Below, one piece after another: positions 29,301-42,780 of a stretch of DNA of 64,000 nt. Position numbers and translations under genes: made by a program. Source of the DNA: the human T2T-CHM13v2.0 reference genome, Homo sapiens. The stretch lies in NCBI RefSeq assembly GCF_009914755.1, contig NC_060938.1; one strand, given 5' to 3'. Position 1 is the first letter of the stretch. Every line of letters begins with the position of its first letter. Below the pieces are notes generated by a model. It did not search any database, was not told the DNA's origin, and saw only the letters and a list, made by a program, of their open reading frames with translations.

Positions 29301-31139
29301 GGCTGCAAGAGAAATCATGAAATCCAATAGCCCCAGGAGTCCGGATTTGGAATTGCATGTGGCACTAGCTTTGAAGCCTATTTCAGAGTTCAGCACATTT
29401 ATCACGGGGTGCTCAGGCTCTGACAGCGTCAGGTGGCGAGTGGCCGTCTCGTGGTGCCCAAAGTAGCTCTCACTCTCTCTCAAGCCACCTGTTTCGGGAC
29501 TATCTCAAAAGACTTGAAGGGGCTTTCCAGAGAGCCCTGTGTGCATGGGTGTGTGGGTGGATGGGGGGACTCATCCGGACAGAGGGCTTTCCAAGGGCAT
29601 GGGCCTGGGGTACAGAGGAAGTTTCTAGGAGAGCCGACTGACATGGAGAAAACTTCTGTTCAGTTGAGCCCAGGGCTTGAGGGCAGTGGGTGCTCTCGTC
29701 CCTGGCCATGGGTTTGAAATGTGGTTTCCAAGTGGCATAAACTCAGGTCACTGCAGAATCTGGTGAAAGGTACCTGGAGGCTCATTCCTCCTTCTCCCTG
29801 CCTGTGTATGTGCTGCGCATGTTTCTGTATTATTAAAAGCAGTAAATAAAAAGGTTGGCCCTGTCTTCTCAACCCACGTGGATGTCCACAGCTACCCTCG
29901 GAACACAGGGACTCGGGCCTCCCGCTCCTCCCTCCCTCTCCTACCACAGTCTCCGAGAGAGACGATTCCTGGAGGATCCACACAGACACACTCGGTTGTG
30001 GCCAAGCCATGTGGTCATGCTGTTGCCACAGGCATTGGCCAAAATCCTTTCTTAGAAAGCCCGGGGCTTGGTGTTCCCCCTGCCATGGGAGGGTGTGGCC
30101 CTACCCAGCACAGTGGCTCCGCTGCTCGCTTCCAGCTTGTTTCTGAGGGAAATGGGGTCCTGGTCCCCCCCTGGAAGGCCAGAGCAGGAACCCACCCGAG
30201 AGGGTCTCGTGCTTTTTAATGACTCCACATTGGTCAGCAGATGCTCAGCCAAGTCGGATGAGACCGGGTTCTGCCTTGGTGTCCGTGTTGCTAGCTGGGG
30301 CAGGCAAAGGCATGAACTTGCAAAGTCTCGGCTTAGTTCCTGGCACTCTGAGGTCCACCTCCTTCCTGAGGCTGGTGGTTACCGTGCTAATGAGCTAGGC
30401 CGCAGCGGCTATTAGACATGGCTGCGTGGGGTGTCCTGCCAGCCCAGCCCCGTCACCACGGGCTGCCTCGAGCAGCTCCCCCAGCACCAGGCACTCCAGA
30501 TGCTGAGCAGCAGAGTCTGCCCATGAAGGATGGATGCACTACCCCTGCCTCCATATTCAGGGGTCTCAGGCAAGGAGCCCGTCCTCACTACACCACACAT
30601 GGAGGGCATGAGGCTGGACCACACCAGAACGTCCCTCCCCCCGGAGCCTGGAGCTGCAGGTCTTGATGCGGAGAGGTTTCCATCTGGTAAGTTTGCGCCG
30701 TGCCTTCTTTTCCCTGGCCTTTGCCTCTGCCGGCCTCAAGTTCCCCTTGCACCATCCACCCGAGGCCTGCTCCGGGCTGCGCCCACTCCCTGCACTGTGC
30801 CGCTCTGGGCGCCGTTGCCAGGGCAGCCACCCTCCCTCCCAAGCTGCCTCTCCAAAGGAGCAGTGGCCAGCCCCTCTGCAGCCCACCCAAGTCCTCCCTA
30901 GGCTTTCCTTTGGAAGTCAGAGATTCTGGGCTCAAAAAGTACTCACTGCATCAGAGGCGTTTCCAGCAAGAAGGCACCACTTTGCAGAAGGCCACGTGAC
31001 CAACTTCCAGCACCTTCTCCCGCTGCTCCTCACGACTCCTCCTGGGAGCAGCCTCCCTGTCCTCATCCTCAGCCAGACCCTTTCAGAGGGGCTGCTGTGT
31101 GTTTCAGTGGGTTTTCTCTTCTCTTCTCCTGTTTCCTTT

Positions 31140-31520
31140 CTTCTTTTATTGAGGCATAATAGACATATGGAAAAACACACATATTATAAAGGCACCAACT
31201 GGTGAACTGTCAGAAAATGAACACACCTGTGCCATGCACCCCGATGCAGACACCGGGGACCCCAGCACCTGGCAGCTCCCTCCTGCTCCTTCCATCACTG
31301 CCGCCCCACCCTGAGGGTGACCCCCATTCTGATGTCTGATGCAGAACCAGTCAGACCCACAGCTGGGCTCCGCTTGTGCATATTCCTGCTATAAGTGGAG
31401 TCGTGTCGTGGGGGAGTGGATGCGGTGCCCTCAGACTCGTCACTCCATGGTGACCTGCCGTGGGACCACGCCAGGGTGCATTTCTCCTTTCTCCTCCGAC
31501 AGATGTATGGGTTGTCAATG
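31140..31520 (-). mobile_element. Old L1ME 3' fragment
   Basis: ttttattgaggcataatagacata..aaatgaacacacctgtg motifs. Confidence 0.6.
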
Positions 31521-32287
31521 GGGACCCAGCTTTATAAAGGACGAAACTGAGGCTCAGTCCATCCAACCTCAAAGTCTTTACCCCTCTGCCTAACAAACAA
31601 GTGGAAGATCAGGAACACGGGGTGCCACCAGCCCAGCACATGAGTCCTGTTCTTGATGACATGAGAGATCCCAAGAATCAGGGACCTGCTGATTCGTGTG
31701 TGGCCCAGGCCTGGGAGTGCTGCCCCTCAGGACTTACTACCAGAGCTCTGGGCTGCTCTCCCACTGCCCAGAGCACATGGCCCTGGGGGGCTGCTCAGAG
31801 GACCTCCAGGGGGTCTAGTCTCCCCTCTGGGGTTGCACCTGCCCCCTCCCCTTGGGAGATTCAGTGGGGTAGAGATGGCAAATTCTGGGGGGCTGGAAGT
31901 AACAGAAACAGGGAAGACCACGTGGAAGTTGCAGTGGCAGGGGCCAGCAAAGAGCCAAGCATTCCTTCCTTCCTTCATTAGTTCACCAGATATTTACAGA
32001 GTGTTGTCCTGTTGCCAGGCGTCTCCAGGCCTGTGCAGGAAAAGACAGAACAGGTTCCAGCCCTGGAAAGGTGCTGAGCAGGCACAAACGGGTGGGGACC
32101 AGAGAGCAAATTGGGCAGCAACAAGGACCTCGACGAAGGGGGAGGCTGCACCCAGAGGGGAGGGTGTGAGGCTGGGGGCGGAGGGGGTCAGTGGCACGCG
32201 GAACCCCTGCAGGACAAGGCCTCCAAGGAGGGCTGCGGAGGAGTGTGCTGAGGGCGTTTGGAGCCAATTGAACTTTTTTTCTTTTAG

Positions 32288-33345
<1,058 letters not shown>

Positions 33346-33479
33346 ACCTGAGCATTTTAAAGCCAGAAGTTTCATGCCCAAGTTTGCATTTCAGAAAGCC
33401 CATTTAGGGGCCTATTTGGAGGGTGGGCTGGAGGAATGATGCTGGAGGCAAGGTCCCCTGGTGGGGGTGAGGCCCTGGT

Positions 33480-33930
33480 AAGAGACAATGAGGCTTGGAC
33501 TAGGCCAGGGAAATGGGTGGGAAGGTGACACAGGAATGGGGGTCTTTTTCTGAGCCGGCCTGGTAACTCGTTGGCTGTGGACAGTAAGGAGATGAGAGGG
33601 TGGAAATGGCCCAGTTGCAGCTGGGAGGGCTGAGGCTGCTAATGACACCATTATCCCAGTTGCAGGGTCCAGGGTTTCCCTCTCGGGCATGGAGGAAGGG
33701 GGAGATAATGAGTTCAATTTGGCTGATTTAATCATTTTTTCCTTCATGAATTCAACAAACATTGCTGGAGGGCCCATTATGTACTAAGCGCTGTGCTGGG
33801 TGCCCCACACATAGCCGAGGGAGAGAGGCAGCTGCCCCCACTCCTGTGCAAGCTGCAGCCACTATGCAAACACACGCTTCGTTTCAGATGCATTGAGATA
33901 AGGGGAGCATCAGGGCAGGGCTCTGAGTGC
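33480..33930. mobile_element. L2 fragments
   Basis: attcaacaaacattgctggagggcccattatgtactaagcgctgtgctggg and gataatgagttcaattt-type L2 motifs. Confidence 0.5.
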
Positions 33931-35284
33931 TGTGGGCACCCAGAGGGGCTGCAGGCACCAGGGGAGGGACAGACAGGTTTCCAAGGAAAGTGAGGGGCCG
34001 GATAGGGGTTTGTGGGGCTGGCAGAGGTGGGCCACTGAGGCCTGGAAGGACCATTCTAAGCCTCAAAGGCCAGGGACGGACATGGAGGGGCTGGAGCCTG
34101 TGAGAGGCAGGATCGGGGAGAAAGAGGGTCAGGAGAAAGGCAGGGTGGAGGCCCTGGGGCCTCACAGCAGGGCTGAGGGTTTGCAAGGGAGCGAGGTAAC
34201 AGGGAACCATGGATGGTTCAGGAGAGAATGTTGTCACTTTGGGCAGACACCTGAACTGGGGTCCAGTTAGGGAGGTGAGGGGGTGGACCCAGGCCACAGC
34301 AGAGGAGGACTGGAGGAGTGGGGGAAGGAGAGCCCCCAGAAGCTCTCTGGGCTCAGCAGCACAGATCAAGGTAGATTAAGGGACCTTCTATTCCCACTAC
34401 TTCCCCTTGAAAGACTCAAGGAGGTGGGCCTCTGGCCTGCTCATGCCCCTGCCTGCACCCCAAGGTGAGGGCCCTGTGTGGGAGAGAAGGCCCGACAGGA
34501 AGCCCCAGTCTATCCGCCATGCCTGGGGCTGGGGCAGAGCCGTGACCACAGTAGAAAGGCCTGTATCATTCCTCCAAAAGCTGTGCCAGGGCTAGGATTT
34601 CGGGCTCTTGGGGAGGGACAGCAGAGCAGGCTTGAGAGAGTGTGGTTGAGGAGGGGAGCTGGGGTGGCGACCCATGAATTAGGGTCCATTGACCCGGAGG
34701 TCGAGGCTTCCAGAGCGGGCCAGCCGGCAGCCCCAACGTGTGAGGCTGTGCACCTGCTGGGGAGGGTTTTTTTGATGGCGACGGCGTGAGGTGAGCGGGT
34801 TTGCTCTGGGCGGTCGAGGATTAGCGCCGACTGAGAGGGTCAGGTGCACCGGGGCTTTGTTCAGACCTGTTTGCCTTTTGTCCCCCGCCTGCAGAAAGCC
34901 CAGGCTGCATGATGTCATTTCGGATGCATTAAGCTGGAACAGCTCAAAATTGAATAATTAATTACACTCAGCTTCAATCGCAGTGACTAATTGATCAGGG
35001 GCTGCCAGCAGACACCTGGACAGGATTAACTGTGCACAATGAGGGCTGCGGGCAGGTGGTGGCCCCTCTGGACCCCCAGTCCCTGTGTGTGACTTAATTA
35101 AGGCTGACTTGATTTCTCTATCCTCACTGGAGATCTCAGGCAGGCCCCATCCAGGCCCAGGGGCTACGTGCGGGCTAGGCACCGAGTGTGGACACGTGCA
35201 AACGGCTGCGATCTGGAAGGATGCTAGCCCCTGACCACTGGGCCATCCTGTTCTAGGCCCAGATCCCAATGCTGCCTCCAACTA

Positions 35285-35370
35285 TGATTATTTCTGTGGC
35301 CTTGGGCAAGTGTTTAATCTCATGGAGCCTTAGTCTCCTTGTCTGTCAAATGGGGGTTGTCATTGTTGTG
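35285..35370 (+). mobile_element. MIR fragment
   Basis: ctgtggccttgggcaagtgtttaatctc..gagccttagtctccttgtctgtcaaatgggg core. Confidence 0.65.
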
Positions 35371-38300
35371 TCCAGAGCTGTGTTCGGCCCTGGGTGTAAA
35401 CTGCTTTTGTCACTGGGATTTTTGGTTCCCTCTGGGGAGGCTGTCCTTGTTCTCACCTCCCTTGCTTGTCTCTGGCTGGAGCAGCTGGCATTCCCAGACC
35501 TGTCCACCAGCCCTGACGCTCCTTATTTATTCCCTGGAGCCACCTTTCTGTGTACACAGCAGCATTTGGGGGCCTGACTTACAATCCTGCTCTCTCAACG
35601 CACAGCCATCATGCTGGGGGATTCACAAGCACATGGATGGCACATCCAGCTCCTGAAAGGGCCAGCAAGTACAGTTGCGCATGTTGTGCACTGCACAATT
35701 CAGACTTTGCTGTGAGTGGTATAATGTGCAACTACACAATGGGGCATACCAGCCTTATTGTCACATTGCAGAGTCTCTTTTCTGTCTGCCTCCTCACTGT
35801 TTCCTGGTCTTCTGGAGTTCAGTAACCTCTGTCTCCATGTCTCCTCAACCCCACTCCTGGAGTCATATCACAGGGGGGACTGTCATGTGGAAATGGCAAA
35901 CCCCAACGCCTTCTGCCCTGCCGGCTCCCAGCACATCTGCCAGTGGGTGTGGAGAGCACTTGTCTCTTTGTTTCTGCTCTCCCCATTCCCTGCCCATCTG
36001 GTGGCTCCTCTTCCTTGGTCTGCAGACACACTTGAGACTCTCCCCTGCTGGCATGCAAGCACCCTGGGGTGACTCGGGCTGCCCCTCCCAGCCTCGTCTC
36101 TCAAGTGGGTCTCCACTGACCCAACTCTACTTCATATCAAATGCACTTCGCCCCCTGCCTTCTGCTCCCCTGCAGAATCCCACGGCACGGCATTCTCCCC
36201 GTGACCAATCCAAGGGGCACTCTCTGTCCTCATCACACTGCAGAGTCTGCAGCCTTGATCGCTGCGGCCTCTCTGGCCCCTCCGCATCCTTGGAGCTCCC
36301 TCCTTCCTGACTCTGCCCAGCAGTCTCCTTGCTGTCCCTCTGCTTCATGTCCCTGGGCACTGTGCCCTGTACCCCTTTAACTGTTGCAATCACCCGGGTC
36401 TCCAGCCTTGGCCTTTGGCTCTTCCCAGCTGAGCAGCCACACAGACAACCATGATGAGCCCATTTTGTTTCTTGCCTGTTCTTTGTCTTTTTCCTCTAGA
36501 AAATGAGGCAGTCATCTTTTGCTCTCCTAAGTGGAGCAGACTAAAATGAGCCAACAGGTCCCCCATTGGCATGTGGGTGAGGGGCCTCAGCCATGATGGA
36601 GGAGGACTGTGTGGTGACTGAGCAGTGAGGGCTTGAGCTCCCAGATGCATGGCCCCAGGACCTTCCTCAACCTCCTCCTGAGCCTTCCTTGGAGCACGGC
36701 GAGTCCCTGGCGCTCCTGGGCCTGCCATTCCCTTGTTCTTCCCTGTTCTTGCCTTTGCATCTGGCACATTTGCCAGCCTTATGATCCCAGCACTGGCGTG
36801 TCCTGTCCATTGGAGCACAGGGCTGTGCCAAGTCCCCGCAGATGAAGTCACTCAGAACTCAGGTCCCTTCTCAGCCACTTGGGCCTAAGGTGCCCTGTGT
36901 CCTGGCGCCATAGTGCCAAGGTTCGAATCCTCCGCTGGTCTCGGCCATTGTGCAGTGCAGGGAGTATGTTGGTACAACTTCCCCTCGCTTTTTTGGCAAA
37001 ATTTAGAGGTGGCTGAATGTGAATTTCTTAAGACAGAGGTGGGAGGAGACCAAAGAAAGTGTGCCCTCCTTCAACTCTCTGTCTCCGTCACAACTGGACG
37101 CTGCTCTGGATCGTGGGATGAGAGGAAACAGGAAGGGGCAGGCATCCTCCTCTTCCCAGACAATGGGGCCCATTATCCCTCCGGGGGGACGTTCGGAGGC
37201 ATCTGGCCCTGCTGTCCACCCACTTCCAAAGAAGGGAGGAGCTCGGCCAGTCTAACCAGAAGCTGTCACTGGCTGATGTCCTCCCTGGTGCCCAGCCAGC
37301 CCAGAGAGGGGCCGCTGAGCCCCGAGTCTGTGTCCTGCATGCCAGGGATGTGGGATGGGGGACCTCCAAGCATCCAGTGGCAGTGCCCCCGGGCATGAGA
37401 CCGGAGCCACAGGGTAGATAGGGTGTATTTCCCCAGAGCCATGATTTTATCCAAACGTAAGGAATTTCTTGTAAATCTTTATTTTTGATGTGACAGAAGT
37501 GACTTCTTGTCACAGATTCAAATACAGAAGAATGTATGCTCCCCACCAAAATAATCACTGTTAACTGGTTGCTGTGGCTCCTTCCAAATATTTTTAGGCA
37601 TATACAGCCATTTAAATAAATATGTACATATGCACATTTTTTTAAACAGATGGAATCATCCCCCCCGCCCCACACACACACACGGTTCTTCAACTTGCCT
37701 TTGCTTTTGGCGAGGCGCTCACTCCTCCCCGTGCCCATACACGCCGTTCCACTTCTCCCTGTCTATCAGCAGGATAGTGAATAGTATTCCTTAAATGGGT
37801 GTCACCACGGTTCATCCAGCCATTTTTCTAATGATGGACACAGAGGTCACTGCAATTTTTTATAATTACAAATAGTGCTGGAAGAAAAAAGCCCCAAACA
37901 CCTCATCCATTTTAGCCGAACTCAGCAAAAGGGCATTTGAAATGTTGCATCTGAAAGGTTACACCAATCTACACCCTCAATAATGGCATGTGATTTAAAA
38001 AATTATACTGAAACTAGTGAGGCTGCAGAATGGCACAGGAAGCAAAGCCCACATGTTTTTTGAACATAATATCAGATGCAGAGGGAGGCACGCTGTCACT
38101 TTCCTTCTCCGTGGCCCTTTGAGGCCCTTTGAGGGGAGTGGAGCCCTGCTCCATGGTGTAATAATTCTTGGAGTGGCTGTGACCACCCATCCGTCTGTCA
38201 GAGCGTCCTGCCTGACCCATCTGACTTCTCATTTATCACCCCATTGGGCGGAGTTGACCCCACTGGGGGTTTATGCATTTCTTAAAAGACCCCTTTCAAG

Positions 38301-41300
38301 TGAGGTAACTGTAAAGTGCCTGAGGTTTTGGGAGATGGGGACTCGTCAACAAAACCCCATTTCCAAGGGGAAATCTCCTAACTCTCCCGAAAAGAGACCA
38401 AAACTTTCCCCCACATTTCTTCCCCGTCCCTGAGGCATGACCTTCTGGGTGGCAGGATTGCAGGGTGTCCTAGCTTTTCCAAAACCTCTCTCTTTAGAAG
38501 CGTCTGGCTTTTGGAACCCAGAACCATCAAGGGAGACAGGAAGAATGTTTGCAATTCTTCAGTTGCCGGACCCCATCGCAAAGCTTCCCCCAGGCCCTAG
38601 GAGAGGGAGCTGGTATGGCCAGCCGCCTGCCGGGCCGGGCCCACCATCTTTGCTCTCTTGCCATTCTCAGAGCCTTTAAAACTACAGACTCTGCTTCAAG
38701 CAAAGAGTCACTGGGCCCCCGGCCCTGGACTACGCCATTCAGAAGTCAAAGGTCATTCTAACGCCTTTCCTGCAGTTTTGGGCTGGCTTAGCGGGGTGAA
38801 GATCCGGAGGCAGTGCCCCGCATGACAGCGGAGGGTTCAGCACCCCTCCCGCAGCCCTGCAAGCCCCAAGAATGCACCTCCTCCAGGACGCAGCACTTAG
38901 CTTCCATTTCCTAATGCAAGTCTCTGCCTCAGTTTCCCCATCTGCAAAGCAGAGCTGAGAACCTGTTTCACTCACCCCAACGCCTGCACGAGCTAGGCTC
39001 TGGGGCTGACTCTCGGTGTCTCCTTTTCTAATTGTTTGTCCCCACTGTGACTTGAATGAGAGCAGAGTGTGTCTCGGAGTCCTCTCATCCCAGCAACCCC
39101 AATACTTAATAGTGCCCTCAGCCCAGTCACTCTTTGTAAAGGAATAAACGGGTGAATCCCAGGACCTACTACCCACCTTATAGTCTTGAGTAACATCCAG
39201 TCTGTGCCTGACCCATGGAGAATACCCAGTAAATGGTCAGCCCCTAGAGCTATCCGCAAACACAAATCCTTCACGACTCTCACTGAATGGGGGTGCACGG
39301 GAGTTCCCCATTAATTGACATGGAAGAAACATTTTTTTACTAATTTTGCACAAAGTTGGGTGTGCATGGGAGGGGCACCCTCTCTCTCTCTCGGCCTTCA
39401 CAGCACCCACCGCCCTGTGCAAGCTCAGTCTGGCCCAGGATCCAACCTTCTTATGTATTTATTTAAACCCTGCCTCATTCCGGAGAGAATTTAAGGCCTC
39501 ACCATGAATACCATCTTTGTGTGGCCTTCCAGCGCCAAAGGCCAGGAAACCCAGGCCAGGCACGTCTGGAGGTGGGGCCCCCCTGTGGCCTCAAGGCCTG
39601 GGCCAATCCTGCCTGGCGGCCTGTCCCCATTTCCTGCCATCTGTGGGGAGAGGCCTCCCCAGCCGGCTACCTCCCGCTGTCCTCTGACTCTCCCCCTGCA
39701 GGGCCACCCAGACCTTGCTCTGAGGCTCTCCCGATCCTGGAACAAGCAGATCTTGCCAAGTTCCTGTATTGGAAGATAAATCATATTGAAATTCTCTTTA
39801 AAACCCATAGATGAAGCAGCACCTTGGTGTTCGTGTATTTGCGCACACAGAGCTGCCCTCCCGTGATGGTGCTGGGAGACCAGCAGCCTGCAAGAGAGAG
39901 GGTTTGGGGGAGGACTTCCTGTCCAGAGCTCCATGCATGTCTCAGGTCACTGGAGGGAGGGCATAGCCCTGTCCTCACCTAGCACAGGGCGGGGCAAGGC
40001 CGGGAATGTCTGTACTGTGGGTCTCTGCCTAAAATCTGTCCCTGGTTCCTGGAAGGCATCACTTGATCTGGGACGGCCACCCCTCCCAACTCATCAAGAT
40101 GTTACATCACCCTAACCTCTTGGCTGCCCCCTGGAATCCAGAGGATGGCTTTGAAGTCTAAGGGATATCTGGGGCTGATGAATTCAGAGGCCTCTTAAGT
40201 AGGGCTTGGGGTGCACATCCAGGATTAGGCCATCTCCTCAAATTTAACGGCAGGTTTGAATGCAGATGTTTCTGTAGTGAGGTTGAGCATAGCTCCAGAA
40301 AGCTGTGGCCACGGAGGACTTCTGCAGGGTGGTGTCAGGAGCCTGAGTGGCCTGTACTCAGGGGAGGCCCTCATCCCAGATGGATGAAGGGGCCGTGAGC
40401 TCAGGAAAGACTGAGTGGCCTTCCCTTCCGTGCGTGGTCTCAAATCCCTGAAATGCTTTGACTCCCAGGCCTGCAGCCCTCCAGGAGAATTGTTCAGACT
40501 TCAAAGACTTGTTTCAAATGGAAAGAAAACCTCCGCAGACCATGGGGCTCAGGAAACTTCTCCTAAAGATCTCTTGCACCCCTGAAGCTTCTGATTGAAG
40601 AATGGGAAGAAGTCTGCAAAAACCAGAGTTGCTGTTGAGCCTGGTGCTGGTCAGTTATTAATAAAAAGACCAATAAATGTAGGTCCCACATGGAGGCAAA
40701 GCTGAAACCAGACTGCAGGCACTTAAACATTCCGGTCTGCACAGGCTCTGTCCTCCTCCCAGTGGCGCCTGCTCCACTTGTGGCTGGGGGACATTTGGGT
40801 GGTCCTACCACCTGTTGGAAGTGCTCAGATGCCTGGAACCAAACCAGGTCCTGAACATAGGTTGGGACGTGGCACTTCATGTTGGTGCCACCCTTGACTG
40901 TCTGCTAGGGAGGTAGCCTGGGCATAGGATTTGAAAGGTGAACATTTCTGAACCTCCCAAAAAGATATGCTGTGAATTTCAGACAAAAACAGACCTGAAT
41001 TCAAAGACTGTGGGCTCAAGCTGTCTCCTCTGGCCCTTGGCATTCTCTTCCCACGGGTGGCTAAAAGCATTCAGGATGACGCATGTCAAAGCAGTCTGCA
41101 CATGGCTGCTCGCTGCTGATGCGCACACAGTCCTGCAGGCCAAGGCCCTGCCCTCGGCTCCTACCACCCCTGCCTGAGAACCAGGACAAATGAGATCCTG
41201 TTAAGAAACTGCAGATTGATGATGTTTGTCCAAATTGTTGCAGGAAGGCAGGTTACAGCCATCAGGCTTTCCAGACAGGGGATCAGCTAGTTGGCCAGCT

Positions 41301-41749
41301 TCTATGGTCTAACAGAGGCAACCACTTTAGAGAAACCTTTCAGGGTGGTCCAGAGGTTACAGGCATGGACAGAAGGTCAGAAAGTGTCCACAGGACCTGG
41401 GCTTCAAGCCGCCAGAGTTTCTTCAGGGGTAGGAGTTGTCAGGTGAAGACCCTATCCTCCTCCATCTGCTGCCTAGCAAGAAATGGAAGAGGGTCTTGGG
41501 GTGGGCTGAGGAGCACAGGCAGGGCAGGAGGGATACTCCAGTGGTCCTGGCCATGTGCTAAATGTGCATGAATTTCTGACACCTAAAATAGCCCCGGACA
41601 CGGGACACAGTGCCAGGAAGCTCCTGTTCAACATCTCAGCAACTGGTAGCTTCAGGGCTGAGAATAAGAAACCATCATTTGCAGTTTCTATAGCCCTAGA
41701 GGGGACAAACATGATTCCAGATTGAGACACTGGGAGAAATTGTAATAAA

Positions 41750-41865
41750 TCTGGTCATTACTGGTTGTGTGAACTTGAGTGTGCTATTTCTTAGCTCTGT
41801 GTCTCTGTCTCCTTAGCTGTGAAACAAGGACAGCGAGCTCTCTTGTAGGATTCCTGTAAGAATCG
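41750..41865 (+). mobile_element. MIR fragment
   Basis: ttactggttgtgtgaacttgagt..tctgtgtctctgtctccttagctgtgaaacaagga core. Confidence 0.55.
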
Positions 41866-42454
41866 GCCACAACAGACTGCGCAGTCTGCAATCAGCAGAA
41901 GTTGCGCCCTGCCTCCCACCAGATAAAGGCCCTGCCCGGCCCCCTGATCCCCAAGTCTGAAAATGATGAATCATGTACTCCGCTAGGAAATGCAGGCAGC
42001 CGTGGCTCTGTCCTGTGTGCGTCAGCTGGCTTTAGGCAGAAGAAAATTGCAGGCTTCAGAGGATATTGTGAATTTGCTCATAGCGGAATTCCGGGTATTC
42101 TGTGTCGATGGAAGAATTAAGTCCTGTCTGTGGGATTTTTGGAATGAGGAAGATGGCAAATAATTAAGGCACTTAATTGGGAGAAAGGCATGTCTCCAGG
42201 CTCTAAAGAGGGAAAGGCAGAGAGAAACAGGAATGAACAAGAAACATGAGGCTCAGAGGACTTAGGTGACTTGCCCTCAAACCCACAGGGAACAGGCAGC
42301 TGAACAGAAACACAGGGCCAGGCCCGCCCGGCACCCAGGCTCCCCTGATCCGCCACAGGCTTGGGGAAGAGCAGGGATTAGCCCCTGTGACTCCAGGCGG
42401 AAACCGCGCCACTCCTCACGGAGAAGCAGGGCACTGTGGACATGGTGTATAATG

Positions 42455-42780
42455 TCCTGGTCTATTTTAGGGCCTCTGCTGTGAGCACAGGAATCCAGGC
42501 ATATGGGCCCAGGGGCTGGGACCACCTGTCAGGTCCTTCCCGGCCGAAGGCGCGGGATGGGTGAACCAAGGTTGGAAAAAGTCAACGCCACCTCCGCTCC
42601 TCCAATTTTAGATCCACACCTGTCTTACTCCAGGACACAGAGCTATCCTGCTGGGCACTTGACATGTCCTATTTAGGACAGACCCTCACCCATGGCCAGG
42701 CCAGCATCCTCTCAATCTATCATTAACCGGTGCAGATGGCATGAGGGAAGCGCAGCTGGGTTTTACTTATAAGGCCCGAA
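42455..42780. promoter_or_regulatory. Human orthologue of the callipyge (CLPG) long-range control element; wild-type A at 42521
   Basis: caggaatccaggc..gggcccaggggctgggAccacctgtcaggtcctt..gaaggc..ggaaaaagtcaa matches my recollection of the sheep CLPG site; perfect CArG cctatttagg 42668-42677; E-boxes at 42523, 42617, 42733, 42753. Confidence 0.85.
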
